Below, one piece after another: positions 50,835-51,974 of a DNA stretch of 51,974 bases; positions within the stretch are counted from its first letter, which is position 1; each line of letters begins with the position of its first letter. A model generated the notes under the pieces. That model was not told where the DNA came from, made no database searches, and worked only from the letters and a program-made list of their open reading frames with translations. This stretch comes from a virus. Lineage: Duplodnaviria > Caudoviricetes. Location of the stretch: IMG/VR virus record IMGVR_UViG_3300031473_000132, positions 1 to 51,974 of that record, one strand, 5' to 3'. The position numbers and the translations under genes were made by a program.

Positions 50835-51974
50835 CTATCCGATCTGGCCTTTCGGCTGGTGCGAGACCGAGAAGAGGAAATTGATGATATCACCGTCCTG
50901 TACGACGTAGGTCTTGCCCTCTCGTCTCAGCGCACCGGCCTTGCGCACTTCCGCCATCGTCCTCGCCTCGATCATCGCGTCGTAGCCGATCACCTCGCCT
51001 CGGATGAAACCGCGCTGGATGTCGGAATGAATCTCTCCTGCCGCTTCCAGCGCGGTCGCTCCGCGGCGAATCGTCCAGGCCCGGCATTCGTCTGGGCCAA
51101 CCGTGAAGAAGGGCATGAGACCCAGTAGATTGAACGATTCACGGATGATCCGATCGAGTCCGGATTCCCTGATGCCGAGATCTGCCATGAACGCGCTGGC
51201 GTCCTCGGCGTCGAGCTGGCCGATTTCCATCTCGATCTTTCCAGCGATCGCATCGATCGACACCTTCGGACCGCCAAGCGTTGCCCGGGCCTTGGCGAGC
51301 AATGCTTCCGTCGGCTCACCGAGTTGATCCTCACCAGTGTTCAGCAGGATCAGAAGAGGTTTTGCGGTGAGAAAGCCGAACCCTCGAACGAGCTTGTAGT
51401 CGTCCGGATCGATGTCGTCGATCACTTCCCGGAGTGGCTTGTCGCTTTCGATCGCGGCCTTCAGGATCACAAGGACCGCCAACTCCCGCTCGTTGATCTC
51501 CTTCTCGGGCCCGCGCATCTTGCCGAGTTGGCTTTCGATGCGAAGCATTCGTTTTTCGATCAGACCAAGATCGCTGAAAAGCAACTCCAAATTAAGCGTT
51601 TCGATGTCGCGGATCGGATCGACCGTCTCCTCAGTATGGGCAATATTGCTGTCCTCGAAGGCTCTCACGACATGAACGAGCGTGTCAGCCTGGGAGAGAT
51701 GTCCCAACAATTGCCCACTCATGCCCTTTTCAGCGATCCCTTTCGCGATGCCCGCGACGTCCAGATATTGAACATCCGCAGGCATCTTGCGCTCGGGCTT
51801 GAAGAGGTCGGTCAGGGCATCGAGCCGTGGATCGGGGACTTTCACCGTCGCAAGATTCGGCTCATCGCCGCTTGCGCCGAAGTTGCCCGTGGCGGCCTCG
51901 GCGTGCGTCAGCGCGTTGAAGACGGTTGTTTTGCCGGTTGAGGGTAGACCGATGATGACGAGTTTGGTAGCCAC
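50835..51974 (-). CDS. ychF: Ribosome-binding ATPase YchF (host gene)
   Basis: GLPSTGKTTVFNALT, VPDPRL, DVAGI, FFTVG..AWT, AGEIHSDIQRGFIRGEV, EGKTYVVQDGD. Confidence 0.97.
   Translation of the reverse strand: MATKLVIIGLPSTGKTTVFNALTHAEAATGNFGASGDEPNLATVKVPDPRLDALTDLFKPERKMPADVQYLDVAGIAKGIAEKGMSGQLLGHLSQADTLVHVVRAFEDSNIAHTEETVDPIRDIETLNLELLFSDLGLIEKRMLRIESQLGKMRGPEKEINERELAVLVILKAAIESDKPLREVIDDIDPDDYKLVRGFGFLTAKPLLILLNTGEDQLGEPTEALLAKARATLGGPKVSIDAIAGKIEMEIGQLDAEDASAFMADLGIRESGLDRIIRESFNLLGLMPFFTVGPDECRAWTIRRGATALEAAGEIHSDIQRGFIRGEVIGYDAMIEARTMAEVRKAGALRREGKTYVVQDGDIINFLFSVSHQPKGQIG

Noticed and set aside
1-51974. CRISPR array, tRNA/rRNA genes, reverse transcriptase or DGR
   Set aside because: No regularly spaced repeat-spacer array, cloverleaf, rRNA-like tract or RT motif seen by eye

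Overview
The window is almost entirely one GC-rich, siphovirus-like temperate prophage (about 1-50,800) next to the host gene ychF (50835-51974, minus strand). The + strand arm (1-16151) holds early genes: Xis-like HTH, RecT-like annealing protein, ParB-domain protein, replication initiator, helicase loader, DNA methyltransferase, RusA-like resolvase, ASCH, DUF433, MucR and XRE regulators. The - strand arm (50605-16425) is a convergent late operon running from terminase, portal, head and tail genes to the lysis cassette. No integrase or repressor is visible, so they probably lie left of the window. The most notable signal is a family of free-standing Zn-finger nuclease cassettes (HNH or PD-(D/E)XK). 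(i) Five cassettes share a leader of -10 promoter, covarying bulged hairpin, RYGDCAC box and an RBS-sequestering hairpin. (ii) All four nucleases inserted antisense to their operon are spanned by a stop-free frame on the operon strand that stops on, or within 2 nt of, the next gene's start codon. Other signals are a putative +1 tail-chaperone frameshift, synonymously diversified tape-measure repeats, attenuator-like late leaders and a poly-Cys methyltransferase. All product calls come from motif recognition by eye; no database searches were run.
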